Shown here: piece after piece, positions 13,077 to 25,526 of the stretch
Layout: each line of letters begins with the position of its first letter
How positions within the stretch are numbered: the first letter of the stretch is position 1
Assembly: GCA_964016885.1 (NCBI GenBank)
Contig: OZ024741.1
Span: forward strand, 65,162,001 to 65,226,000
Direction of reading: 5' to 3'
Length of the DNA stretch: 64,000 bases
DNA from: Eledone cirrhosa
Taxonomy: Eukaryota
Notes under the pieces: generated by a model
Told to the model about the DNA's origin: nothing
Databases searched by the model: none
The model's input: the letters and a program-made list of their open reading frames with translations, nothing else
Position numbers and translations under genes: made by a program

Positions 13077-13080
<4 letters not shown>

Positions 13081-13669
13081 AATGGCGTGCTGCGTGGTTG
13101 CACATGGGTTACATATGAATAAAATTAGTCCTTCATCAGTGATCTTCCAACCTTCATTGGTATTTCTTCGCTTTAAAGATCATATACCTCTGGTTGGTGC
13201 GAGCAATATCTAAAGAAAGTTATTGGGACACGTAAATAGGGTGAAGCGAGCGAGAGATGTAAACAAACAGAGATGGCAATGCAGCGGAAAGAGAGGAAGA
13301 GAAGAGACAAGCCCGTGATATCTATGAACTTAAGCTCGGTGAAATCATAGACGAGAGGTAAAGACCATCCGACCTGGGCGAGATGTGAGCGAGAAAAGGA
13401 TTTCACACAGGTCAAACGGGAGGAAGTGAGAGAGGGGGAGAAGCAGAGAGTGAAAGTGTGAGGAAGAGGCCAGCTGAGAGAGAGTGACTGGCAGAGGGGT
13501 TAAAAAGAAGGTGAAAGATACAGAGAAAGGGGAAGCAGTAAGAAAGAAACAGACAGGTCGCAGCGGAGGAAAAAAATATAAATATATGAAAAATGGCGTG
13601 CTGCGTGGTTGCACGTGGGTTACATATGAATAAAAATAGTTCTTCATCACTGATGAAGGACTAATTTTA

Positions 13670-13675
<6 letters not shown>
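13077..13675 (-). mobile_element. non-coding Penelope-style element: direct terminal repeat plus short inverted end
   Basis: Segment 13077-13141 is repeated at 13588-13650, then inverted (ctgatgaaggactaattttattcat). Flanked by (TA)n. Homologous to 62930-63415 (+) and 53940-53983. Confidence 0.7.
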
Positions 13676-13749
<74 letters not shown>

Positions 13750-13847
13750 CAGATAAACATATACACATACATAAATACAAACACACACAAACATATGCAT
13801 ACATGTGTACAAATGTATAGAAACATGCATGCATATATATATGTATA

Positions 13848-13934
13848 TACGTGGAGAAGTAAAATACAGGAGAACAGACCGTTAAAACATGTTTATTTAA
13901 CGGTCTGTTCTCCTGTATTTTACGTCTCCACGTG
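13848..13934. repeat. long hairpin
   Basis: acgtggagaagtaaaatacaggagaacagaccgttaaa / tttaacggtctgttctcctgtattttacgtctccacgt. Confidence 0.85.
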
Positions 13935-14100
13935 CTTACGTTCTGCTAATTCTCTCGCCCACTAGATATTAACACTTCTAATATTTAACACTGCCGGCAC
14001 TAGTTTTGAGCATCCTCTGCATTCGCTATTGGCAAATAACTACATGTATCACCTATCCCTCCTTTTCTCTCTCTCGATACGTAAATATTCTATATGTATA

Positions 14101-14163
<63 letters not shown>

Positions 14164-15059
14164 ACAGACACATACAAATACACACACACATACTGATTAC
14201 ACATATACATATATATTGAAAGACACATAGACATGGGCACATACAAATACACACACACATACTGATAGAAATATACATAAACATATACAGATACACTGAA
14301 ACACACACACATACATGCACACACACACATACACAGATGTGAATGCACACACATGCATTCAGATGAACATTGAAATATACATTGAAACACATATAAACAG
14401 ACATATAAATATAGACACACACACTCACAGATAGAAATATACATACTGAAACACACTCACACACACATAAATACACATAAATATACACATATACACTGAA
14501 ACATACACATACGCACATACACTGACACGCGCACACACTCACATAATTACACAAATATAAGCATACACACAAACACACTACCTGCTCTGTTCACCCCTCC
14601 CCCCACTTCTATCTAACACCGATCTTTATTGTAACCACATTCATATATATCTATCATTTAATTATTCACCTACACACAACCCCTCATCACTCCTTTTATT
14701 GGCTGAATTATTTTAAAGAGATACACAGTCCAACAGTGGTGGTGATGGTGGAGGTGATGGTGATGGTGGTAGTGATGATGGTGGTAGTGGTGGTGGTAGT
14801 GGTGGTGATGGTAGTGGTGGTGGTGGTAGTGGTGGTGGTGGCAGTGGTGGTGATGGTAGTGGGGCTGTAGTGATATTGCTGGTGGTGGTGGTGGTGGTGA
14901 TGTTGGTGGTGGTGGTGGTGTGGTGCTAGTGGTGGTGTTGGTGTTGGTGGTGGTGGTAATGGCGGTAGTGGTGGGGGAGTTTATCTCTTTCAATGTTTGT
15001 ATGTCCTTTCAAAATTACTACATTTTTCAAATCAAAATTGTGTTTATGTATGTATGTAT

Positions 15060-15636
15060 GTAACATGTACAACCTGTCTCATGGTCGGGTCGTTGGCGAC
15101 TAAACTGGCAACCCCACCAAGGTTTCTTGGTGAGGAGGGTGACTTTGGACATCCTGCAAGACTAAAAACAAAACCTGTCAAAGGGTAAAGGAGCTCTTAA
15201 GAGTCAATGGCCATTCAAAATCACTGGGAGAGATGACCCCTTAGCCTTTGTCAAGGCAGAATTCTAGGAGAAGGAAAACTCTGATATAACACCTGCAACC
15301 CTGATGGTATCCAATGATGTTGACTTGTTCTTCTTTTTGGTAAATATCATCTTGGTTAAGAGAGTGGGACTGGCTTTGTGCAGTGCCTTTGCTCACTATA
15401 AAAGCTTCACGGCACAGGCATTGCTTTATATCTGGAGATCTCTCTGCACTTGTCGTCACATGGTACCATGGGCCCAGCATTATGTGTCAATAATTGTCAC
15501 AAGTGTAGTGTTTGTACCAGAGTTTTCAAGTCGCTGGCTGGACTAAAAAGTCACACTCGTTCAGCGCATCGGTAGGGGTTCTCCTACATGGATATACAGT
15601 AGTGGCCGTACTCGAAAACGAGTTGGCAGCCACCAT
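15060..15636 (+). mobile_element. bipartite non-autonomous RTE derivative, subfamily A
   Basis: RTE-like 5' UTR (ggagaaggaaaactctg), a C-terminal C2H2 remnant KCSVCTRVFKSLAGLKSHTRSAHR*, a 3' hairpin ctcgaaaacgag and a (TATG)n tail. Confidence 0.8.
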
Positions 15637-16072
15637 GTATGTATGTATGTATGTATGTATGTATGTATGTATGTATGTATGTATGTATGTATGTATGTAT
15701 GTATGTATGTATGTGTGTGTGTGTGTGTGTGTGTGTATGTATGCATGTATGTATGTATGTATGTGTGTGTGTGTGTGTGTATGTATGCGTGTATGTATGT
15801 GTGTGTGTTTGTATGTATGTATGCATTTATGTATGTATGTATACATATATGTATGTATGCATATGTATGTATATATGTAAATATATATATATGTATGTAT
15901 GCATGCATATATGTATGTATACGTATATGTATGTATGCATATATGTATGTATGTGTTTGTATGTATGTATGTATATATGTATGTACGTATGCATGTATGT
16001 ATGCATGTATACATATATGTATGTATGTATATAGTATGTATGTATGTGTGTGTGTGTTTGTATGTATGTATG

Positions 16073-16570
16073 TTCTTCTGGTTTTATTATTATAAATATT
16101 TTCCCTAATAGAGAGAGACAGCCAGTTTTCAACAGAGAAACAATACTCTTTCATTGGAAGTCAGATAACATCAACTAAGTAAATACATATGTATGTCTGT
16201 ATATGTGTGTGTGAGTATGTGTGTGTGTATGTGTGTGTGTGTATGTATATGTACGTGTGTGTATGTATGAATGTTATTGTATGTGTGGATCTGTATGTCT
16301 TGAGTTATATGTTTCAGTGTCTATACATGTGTGTGTGTGCAGTTATTATATGTGGACTTTCTGAAATGTTTTACATATCTTTACAGTTCCACTGGATTCT
16401 ACTTGCACCTTCCTTGCTAGCTGTGTTCTTTCTAGATCTGTGAAGCCCATCTTCTCAAGATTTGTACTGAGACATTTAGTAATATATCCCAAAGCCCCAA
16501 TGATTGCAGGTACAAATCTAGAGGTATAGTGAAGGTAGAGAGTCTGCAGATTCCTCATTAGTTCAGCATG
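16073..16570 (-). mobile_element. R4/Dong-like LINE 3' end, family B
   Basis: AELMRNLQTLY...FVPAIIGALGYIT...GTVKICKTF, an RLE C-terminus. The putative 3' UTR ends at (CATA)n. Confidence 0.7.
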
Positions 16571-16579
16571 CATTCATGT

Positions 16580-17122
16580 ATGTTTTCTCTTTCTCTTAAT
16601 TTCGAGTATATTTTTTTGACCGGCCACCTTCCTGGTGGCAAGGTTGTAAACGAAAAGAAATTGTCATCACTTGAATCGCAAGAATGTTTTGCAAATTTTG
16701 AAGGTGCCAGCTATCGCAGCCATTTGTAGACTATGAATTCAGGAGCTGCGCCTTTTGTCCGCAAATCCAAGTTCAGTCATACTTTGGTCCAAGCGGGTTG
16801 GTATATAACCCGTAGCACCAATAATGATGGGTATGAAGCTAAAGGTGTATCTTGGATACTGGATTTGTAAACTCCTCATCAATGGTCCGTAGATGTCCTC
16901 CTTCTCCTGTATTTTTCTGACAACGTTTACATCAAGTGGGCAGCTGATCTCCACAACAGAACACGTTTTCAATGTGTGGTCCCAAACTACAATATCAGGC
17001 CGGTTGTGCTTTAATTTGGTGGCAGTTTTTATTTTCAGGTTCCACCAGTATTCCTTAGTGCCATCTGTCTCAATATATTCTTCCTCGTTTGTTGTTAATT
17101 TTGTTTTCCGAAGTGCGTTCCA
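16580..17122 (-). mobile_element. R4/Dong-like LINE 3' fragment with restriction-like endonuclease domain, family A
   Basis: WWNLKIKTATKLKHNRPDIVVWD...VVEISCP...EKEDIY...IPIIIGATG, a PD-(D/E)xK RLE. Bounded by (CATA)n on both sides. Confidence 0.85.
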
Positions 17123-17257
17123 GTATGTATGTATGTATGTATGTATGTATGTATGTATGTATGTATGTATGTATGTATGTATGTATGTATGTATGTATGT
17201 ATGTATGTATGTATGTACATTACGTACATTATGTATATACATTATATATATACATTA

Positions 17258-17370
17258 CGTTCAAATCCCGCCGAGGTTGACTTTGCCTTTCATCCTTAAG
17301 GGGTCGATAAAATAAAGTACCAGTAATGCACTGGGTATTTGCTGGCCTTGTGCCTAAAGTAGAAACAATT
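17258..17370 (+). mobile_element. truncated tRNA-derived SINE (Meta-like)
   Basis: gttcaaatcccgccgagg...gtgcctaaagtagaaacaatt, flanked by a near-duplicated attatatatatacatta. Confidence 0.85.
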
Positions 17371-17389
17371 ATATATATACATTATGTCA

Positions 17390-17995
17390 CGTCACCAGTT
17401 GGTGCTACTGGTAACATGTATCCCAGTACAACCTGTCTCATGGTCGGGTCGTTGGCGACTAAACTGGCAACCCCACCAAGGTTTCTTGGTGAGGAGGGTG
17501 ACTTTGGACATCCTGCAGGACTAAAAACAAAACCTGTCAAAGGGCAAAGGAGCTCTTAAGAGTCAATGGCCATCCAAAATCACCGGGAGAGATGACTCCT
17601 TAGCCTTTGTCAAGGCAGAATTCTAGGAGAAGGAAAACTCTGATATAACACCTGCAACCCTGATGGTATCCAATGGTGTTGATTTGTTCTTCTTTTTGGT
17701 AAATATCATCTTGTTTAAAAGAGTGGGACTGGCTTTGTGCAGTGCCTTTGCTCACTATAAAAGCTTCACGGCACAGGCATTGCTTTATATCTGGAGATCT
17801 CTCTGCACTTGTCGTCACATGGTACCATGGGCCCAGCACTATGTGTCAATAATTGTCGCAGGTGTAGTGTTTGTACCAGAGTTTTCAAGTCGCTGGCTGG
17901 ACTAAAAAGTCACACTCGTTCAGCGCATCGGTAGGGGTTCTCCTACATAGATATAAAGTAGTGACTGTACTCGAAAACGAGTTGGCAGCCACCAT
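17390..17995 (+). mobile_element. bipartite non-autonomous RTE derivative, subfamily A (near complete)
   Basis: Highly similar to 15060-15636, with the additional 5' end gtcaccagttggtgctactgg. Confidence 0.85.
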
Positions 17996-18093
17996 ATATA
18001 TACATAGATACACCTACACAAGATGGTTGTTTATAAGAAGGGCATCCAGCTGTAGAAACCATGCTAAAAAAGAGCAGAGAGGACTCTTCAGTG

Positions 18094-18173
<80 letters not shown>

Positions 18174-18201
18174 ATAGAGGTGTAACACACAAGTTATGAT
18201 A

Positions 18202-18414
18202 TATTGGTAAACGGAAAAGAAAATGCTGACAAATTGTTCCCAGTGAAAAATAGTTTAATTAGAAATAAGTGAGAATTAGTAATAGTATTGGTTAGTATTC
18301 AGTTTTGGTTTTAAGTTTTACCGGTTGCGCATTTCTAATGCTTTTCAAAAACAATTTTGAGATAGAGCGTCCGTGATGTTTGCTCTAATCAGATTAGAGC
18401 AAACATCACTGACG

Positions 18415-18416
<2 letters not shown>
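18202..18416 (-). mobile_element. Penelope-style non-coding element with terminal hairpin (second copy 41860-42050)
   Basis: Near-identical ~190 bp in two places. Terminal fold-back agcgtccgtgatgtttgctctaat-cag-attagagcaaacatcactgacgct; (TA)n flanks. Confidence 0.7.
18315..18352 (-). ncRNA. variant-core minimal hammerhead ribozyme candidate
   Basis: Minus strand reads gttt-TTGAAAA-gcatt(aga)aatgc-GCAA-c(cg)GTA-aaac, i.e. type I topology with a U3:A8 swap and A13C. Confidence 0.45.
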
Positions 18417-18455
<39 letters not shown>

Positions 18456-18705
18456 TTCAACTTTGTATTTCATTACCAATTCTTCTCGAGAAGAAATCTA
18501 CTGTATTCAGACTTTGAGTGGAGATGGGCTCTGCCAGATTTTTTTTTAAAATGCCATAGAAATAGTGTATGTCAATACAACACTCCTACCACTCCCCCAA
18601 GAGTTATGGGACCATTCATACACACACACATTCACACATATATAGTAATAATAAATACAATGACCAAAAGCCAAAGAGGACTTTATAAGGGTTGTATACA
18701 TATAA

Positions 18706-18808
<103 letters not shown>

Positions 18809-18809
18809 A

Positions 18810-18894
<85 letters not shown>

Positions 18895-18969
18895 TAAGTA
18901 TGTACACGTACATACACATATGTATACAGACGTACAGTATATACGTTCAACAATCTGGCAGGAAGGTAT

Positions 18970-19012
18970 ACGTTGCTGACGATAGCTAATAAGCTTGAAA
19001 CTAGTACAGCGT
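18970..19012 (+). ncRNA. minimal type I hammerhead ribozyme
   Basis: acgttg-CTGACGA-t-agct(aata)agct-t-GAAA-c(ta)GTA-cagcgt: 6-bp stem I, intact core, palindromic ACTAGT stem III. Confidence 0.85.
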
Positions 19013-19382
19013 TCCTTTGTCAGTGTTGAACAAACGAGCAACGATGGTTGCTAGACACTACGGCTTAATACGGGATGTTTGTTTACAAACACACGGAGCA
19101 TTATAATAAATGTTCGGTGAATCCATACGTACATATATATGTGTGCATGTATGTATATATACATACTACTGTACGTCTGTATACATATATGTATGTACGT
19201 GTACATACTTATATTTAAGTAACAGCCGTACTAGGAGTGGGAAATGAAATTTCGTTTCATTTTTTCCGTTTATCGTTTTCGGTGCACCCGGTCGATTAAC
19301 CCACTCGATATGCAAATTGGGCTACTCAGCCGTTAATATGCATAAGGTAAGTATATACATTCAACAATCTGGCAGGAAGTTT

Positions 19383-19425
19383 ACGTTGCTGACGATAGCT
19401 AATAAGCTTGAAACTAGTACAGCGT
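19383..19425 (+). ncRNA. minimal type I hammerhead ribozyme (second copy)
   Basis: Identical to 18970-19012. Confidence 0.85.
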
Positions 19426-19704
19426 TCCTTTGTCAGTGTTGAACAAACGAGCAACGATGGTTGCTAGACACTACGGCTTAATACGGGATGCTTGTTTACA
19501 AACACACGGAGCATTATAATAAATGTTCGGTGAATCCATACGTACATATATATATATGTGTGCATGTATATATATATATATATACATACTACTGTACGTC
19601 TGTATACATATGTGTATGTACGTGTACATACTTATATTTAAGTAACAGCCGTACTAGGAGTGGGAAATGAAATTTCGTTTCATTTTTTCCCTTTATATAT
19701 ATAT

Positions 19705-20721
<1,017 letters not shown>

Positions 20722-21381
20722 AACTGGTAGAACAAATATTATTAGCACAGTTTTCACAAGGTGAAGACAGAGGTTTTTTGCTTAAACTTTTAATCTGTAC
20801 TACTACTACAATTACTACTGCTACTACTACTACTGATATATATATATATATATATAATAAAGTTAAATAAAAAGTCAAATGTTTAAAATTTAGCTTCGTT
20901 TATTGCTGCTATATATATTTCAGTGACAGCCATCTTTGGCTGTGACCTCTTCACGCAGTCCGAATTAGTGTGGTATAGACAAGAACATATGTTGTTGAGG
21001 TGTATAATTTTGTCAATACTCTGATATGCCCAGTTCCTGGTTGGGTTGTTATTTCACTGAGGAACTGGAATCATAACATATATATATATATATATATACA
21101 TATGTGGTGCTTATTTAATGACTTTTACAGAACACTATCATACAAACACACACATTGTCCACACTAACATAGAAACACAGGCTCATACGCACACCTGTTT
21201 ACACACACAAACATACACACACACACATATATATATATATACATGTACAAAAATACAGATATATACCTTGTAGTATTAGAAATGATGACGGTGATAACAA
21301 CCTTGCTGATGTCATTGCTGACCACAACAACAACAATGATGATGATGATAATGATGGTGATGATGATGATGATAATGATGG

Positions 21382-21425
<44 letters not shown>

Positions 21426-22055
21426 GCAGTGGTCACAATGATGAAGAAGCCAATAATGAAAATGGCAATGATGGTGATGATGATTGTTAATGAGAAGGAG
21501 AGCCATGGTGATCCTTGGCAACCAGCACACCAAGATGATGATGATGATTAAGACATATGAGAGACACATGGAAGGATATTGTGTTATAAACCCATTCTAC
21601 TCATGGACTTTTGTTAATTATGGTTAGGAAAGGTTAACAGGCAACAGATGGAATTGGAAGAGGGGAAGATGGAGGAGAGAGATGAAGGAAAGAGGGAAAG
21701 ATGAGAGAGAGAGAGAGTGGTATGCTAAGTTAAGTCATATATTGAGATGGAGCAAAAATAAGAAAACTATGGATTGAAAGAAGAAAGAGAAATTGTGTGT
21801 GAGAGAGAGAAAGAGAGTGAGAGCAAGATAGATAGATAGATAGATATATTTACCATAAAGGCATAAAAAGAAGGGACAAATACAAAGGGGGAGTTTACAT
21901 AAAACCGAGTAAAAAGGGTATAAAATGAAAATAATCGAAAACAACCTCAAAAGGGAGGGGACGTGATGGGGGTTGCACACACCCCCGAAAAAGTGTGCAA
22001 TCCTTTGCCCGGGGAGCACATGGAGAAGGTGCTCCCCTCTTCTTCACTTCTTTAC

Positions 22056-25000
22056 CTACAGGATGGTATACAGAGAAGGCCCATTTACACGAGCCATTCT
22101 CGCCACTATCACCCACCTTTCATAAAACTGCCTGTGGCCAAGCACCTCTCTTTCCATTATTATCCTTCTTCCGAAGTGATATCGGAAGAAGTAGACCAGA
22201 CTATGGCCAGAGAGGAAATTGCCTGACCTCAGACCTTTCAATCGTGTCCACCAAACAACCTCTTTCAACATGGCTATTACGCCCAGAAAAACCGCCTTTG
22301 CTTCCTTTGTGAAGAGGGGAGGCGGTTTGATTGTCACCACGGACTCGGCGGTCAATCGAATCGGCGCCACCCGCGACAGCAGTCGTTCGGCGTAGCCCAA
22401 CAGATCAGCCACGCTCGGACATTGCACCAATGCGTGCGCAACGGTTTCTTCGTGACGCACGCATCTAGGGCAAATCTTTTTCGACGGATCCCTGCCCGGG
22501 CGCCCGTGTCTGTAGAGCCCCTCTCGAACGGGTAGAGCCCCCCCGGTAGCACTGCCAGGCTAGTGACTTCTGGAAGTTGTCAATTGGTCCCGGGCCGAAA
22601 GTCCTACCGAACAGGCTGGCCAGCTTGTCCTCTTCCATGTCCAGCGACTCTCCAAGGGTGTCATCGCCCCTGCTAGCCACCAGCCCTCTATAGAATGATG
22701 AGGTGGATTCTCCACCGATGGCCGGGGCCGCTTGCCAGAGAGTCCTGAGCGCCTGAGCACACTCAGTGTGCCAGTCTCCCAGTTTTCCGGATCTTTGCTT
22801 GACCCAGGACTGCAGCTCGGTGAGCGAGACGAGTCTCGGAAAGGCTCGTTTCACGAACGGAGCCCACACCGGTTGACCAGTGAGGAATACCTGTAGGTGC
22901 CGTAGCCTTAATGCGTGCCTACGCATCATCAACCACGGCATCCCCAGCCCTCCTTTCGAAGGTTGTTGGCAGCAGATGGATCTTCTCACCATAGGAGGGC
23001 GCTTCTTCCAAAGAAATTGAAAGAGCATGTGTTCCATGGTGGTGAGTGTTTCCTTAGGGCAAGGCACGACAGTCAGGCGGTAGTAAGTACCGGACGCTAT
23101 GTAAATGTTCGCCACCTCCGCCCGACCTTTTAGGGACAGCTTACACTTGGCCCATTTCTGAGTTAGTGCAAACACCTTGTTCGTAACCTCGTCCCAGTTC
23201 TTTTCCACCTGGAGGTCCGGTCCAAACCAGACCCCAAGCAACTTCACCGGGCCCTCCGTCCAGTGTCCGACGACACCGTCGGGAGGCATCGGTCTGCCTC
23301 TCCACGTTCTGAGTTGCAGCCCGATGGATTTTTCCCGGTTCAGTTTCGCTCCTGACAACCTTTCGTAATCCTCCAGTAAGGTACCGATCGCCTCGATCTC
23401 CGAGTCGGTCGATACCATTACTGTTACGTCATCGGCGTAGGCCGACACCGCTTTGCTCAATCCTGGTTCCAGGGGGATACCCTGCAACAACTCCTACTTC
23501 TCCAGTAAAGGCTCGAGAGTCAATACGTACAGAAGCGAGGAGAGAGGGCACCCCTGTCGAATGTATCGTGTGATTTCGGACGGCTTCGAAAGGTAGCCGT
23601 TCACCTTGATCCTAGAACAGATGTGGTTGCTATGTAAGACAGTGATCCAGCCTCTGAAAACAGGACCGAACCCAGCCGCCGCTAGCACCGCATCCAGGTA
23701 ACCATGGTTGACCCTATCAAACGCCTTAGACTGATCCAAGTTGATCAGGGCCCCACCGAAGCCGGGTTTGTTGCCAACCCTCTCTATGATGTATCGCATG
23801 AGGTGGAGGTTATCGTGAATGGACCTGGATGGGATAGCACATGTCTGCGCATCTCCCACCAGGCCACCCACGACAAGCGCCAACCTCTTTGCTAACACCT
23901 TGGCCAAAATCTTTAACTCTGTGTTTAGCAGGGTTATGGGCCGAAAATTATTTATACTATCCCCCTTGTTCTCGTCCTTCCTCACCAGCGAGACTACGCC
24001 CTTGGCTACAGAACAAGGAATTCTCCCGTTCTACTGCCAATTGCAGTAGACCGCTTCGAGGAGTTCGGAGAAGAAGACCGGCATTGCTAAATAAAGTTCG
24101 TAAGGTATACCATCGAGACCTGGAGATTTGCGTCTGCTGCATTGGCTCAGCGCATCCCCGATCTCATCAGCCGAGATTGGTCCCTCGCAGGACTCTGCCT
24201 CTTCGCTCGAGAGACGCGGCAGACCGTCGAGGTATGGACCGAAATCCACGTCCCCGCCCGGACTCTCGCCTCCCCCGAATAATCGGGCAAAGTCCCTTTG
24301 AAAGGCCTCGCACATCTGCTTAGGCTCCCGGATCACCCGTCCATCCTCGTCTTGCAAAAACCGGATGGTGGATCGATTTCCACTCTTAGCTTCTGTCACG
24401 CGGGCCCAGCCAACGGCTTTGGCTCCCTCATTACCTAGAGCACGTATTTTACTCCGAATGACGCAGCCTTCGTGCTTTGCATCGAAAACTGGCTCAAGGC
24501 CGTCCTCGATGCCAGCACTCTGGCCACATCTTCGCTCTTGATTGCCTCTTCTAATTTACCTGTTAATTCTTTCTCGTTTCTATTCCTATCGGCAGCTAAC
24601 ATCTTGCTCTAACTTATTGATTCTGTTCTAATCTCTCTTTTGAGAGATGCCCACCATCGGTTGTTGACGATTGCACCCGTCAACCTCTCCTTAACTAATC
24701 TGCTAATCCGGTTTCTGTAAGTCTCTTTTGCCGGTAAAGACAAATTAAGTTTCCAGTAACCGGGACCCTGTTTATGTGTTTTCTCGAGATTGACTACGCA
24801 GGTCACTAATTTGTGATCCGTATAGCCAACCGTGAGCATTTCTGGACAGCTTAATATGTCCCTATCCTTACTTCTAACTAAGAATCTATCTAAGTACGAT
24901 CTAGATTGACCACTGTGGTTCGGCCAAGTCCAGGTTGGCACAGTTGGAAAATCTAGTCGATATCTATCGACCAAGTTAAAACGGTCGAGTAACCCCTTGA

Positions 25001-25493
25001 GGCTGTTACACCCCCCTCTATTAGGACATGCTCCTGCATAGTCCCAACGTGCATCTAGGATGTCATTCCAATCCCCCGCTAGAAGCAGGGAACGCGACGT
25101 TCCCAGAAAAGTCTCCAAACGCTGGAAGAAGTCGGGTCGTGCAGCTCCGAAAGGGGAGTAGACGGCGACCAGTCTCAAGGCCGCACCTTCACTACTGCCA
25201 ACGTCTAGCACCAACAAACGACTCTCCGGGTCCGAGTGAACAACCTGTACGGCGAGACCCAGGTGTTTTTCCAGCAGTACGACAACCCCACCTCCACCTC
25301 CAGGTTGACAGAGAGATGCATGCACCTCAAAGTCATCGAAGGTAGGGGCCAGCTGTCGCACGACGCTGATCCGAGTCTCACAGATAACCATTACATTTAT
25401 ACCACGTGACCTGAGGTCACTTAGAAGCTTTGCTTGCTTCCAAGTTGAGCCCAGGCCACGTGCATTCAAACATCCTACTCTTAACACATCCAT
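22056..25493 (-). pseudogene. Tx1 ORF2 (APE endonuclease + reverse transcriptase), disrupted
   Basis: CLNARGL...ICET...AVYSP...LAGDWN...SYLDRF...TDHK (APE); KSPGLDG, NFRPITLLNTELKI, LDQSKAFDRV, IRQGCPLS, AYADD (RT); EETVAHALVQC. Split across at least 5 ORFs. Confidence 0.92.
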
Positions 25494-25526
25494 GTGGGCG
25501 GCAAAGCCAAAGGAGAGTGTAGAGAC

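Larger units (their letters stand above)
18890..19695 (+). mobile_element. retrozyme / non-autonomous Penelope-like tandem element
   Basis: A ~413-bp unit repeated about 1.8 times, with a short inverted 5' copy (18890-18940), one hammerhead per unit, and (TA)n flanks. Confidence 0.8.

Noticed and set aside
15241-15546. Recurrent 79-80 aa ORFs (MLGPWYHVTT..., MVSNDVDLFF...) as a small-protein family
   Set aside because: They recur only because the repeat copies are near-identical; they overlap on opposite strands and are lost in subfamily B.
17390-17475. HDV-like ribozyme at the 5' end of the bipartite RTE derivative
   Set aside because: P4-, J4/2 (ctaa)- and P2-like pieces are visible, but I could not assemble a valid P1/P3 nested pseudoknot, and the pairing is not kept in subfamily B.
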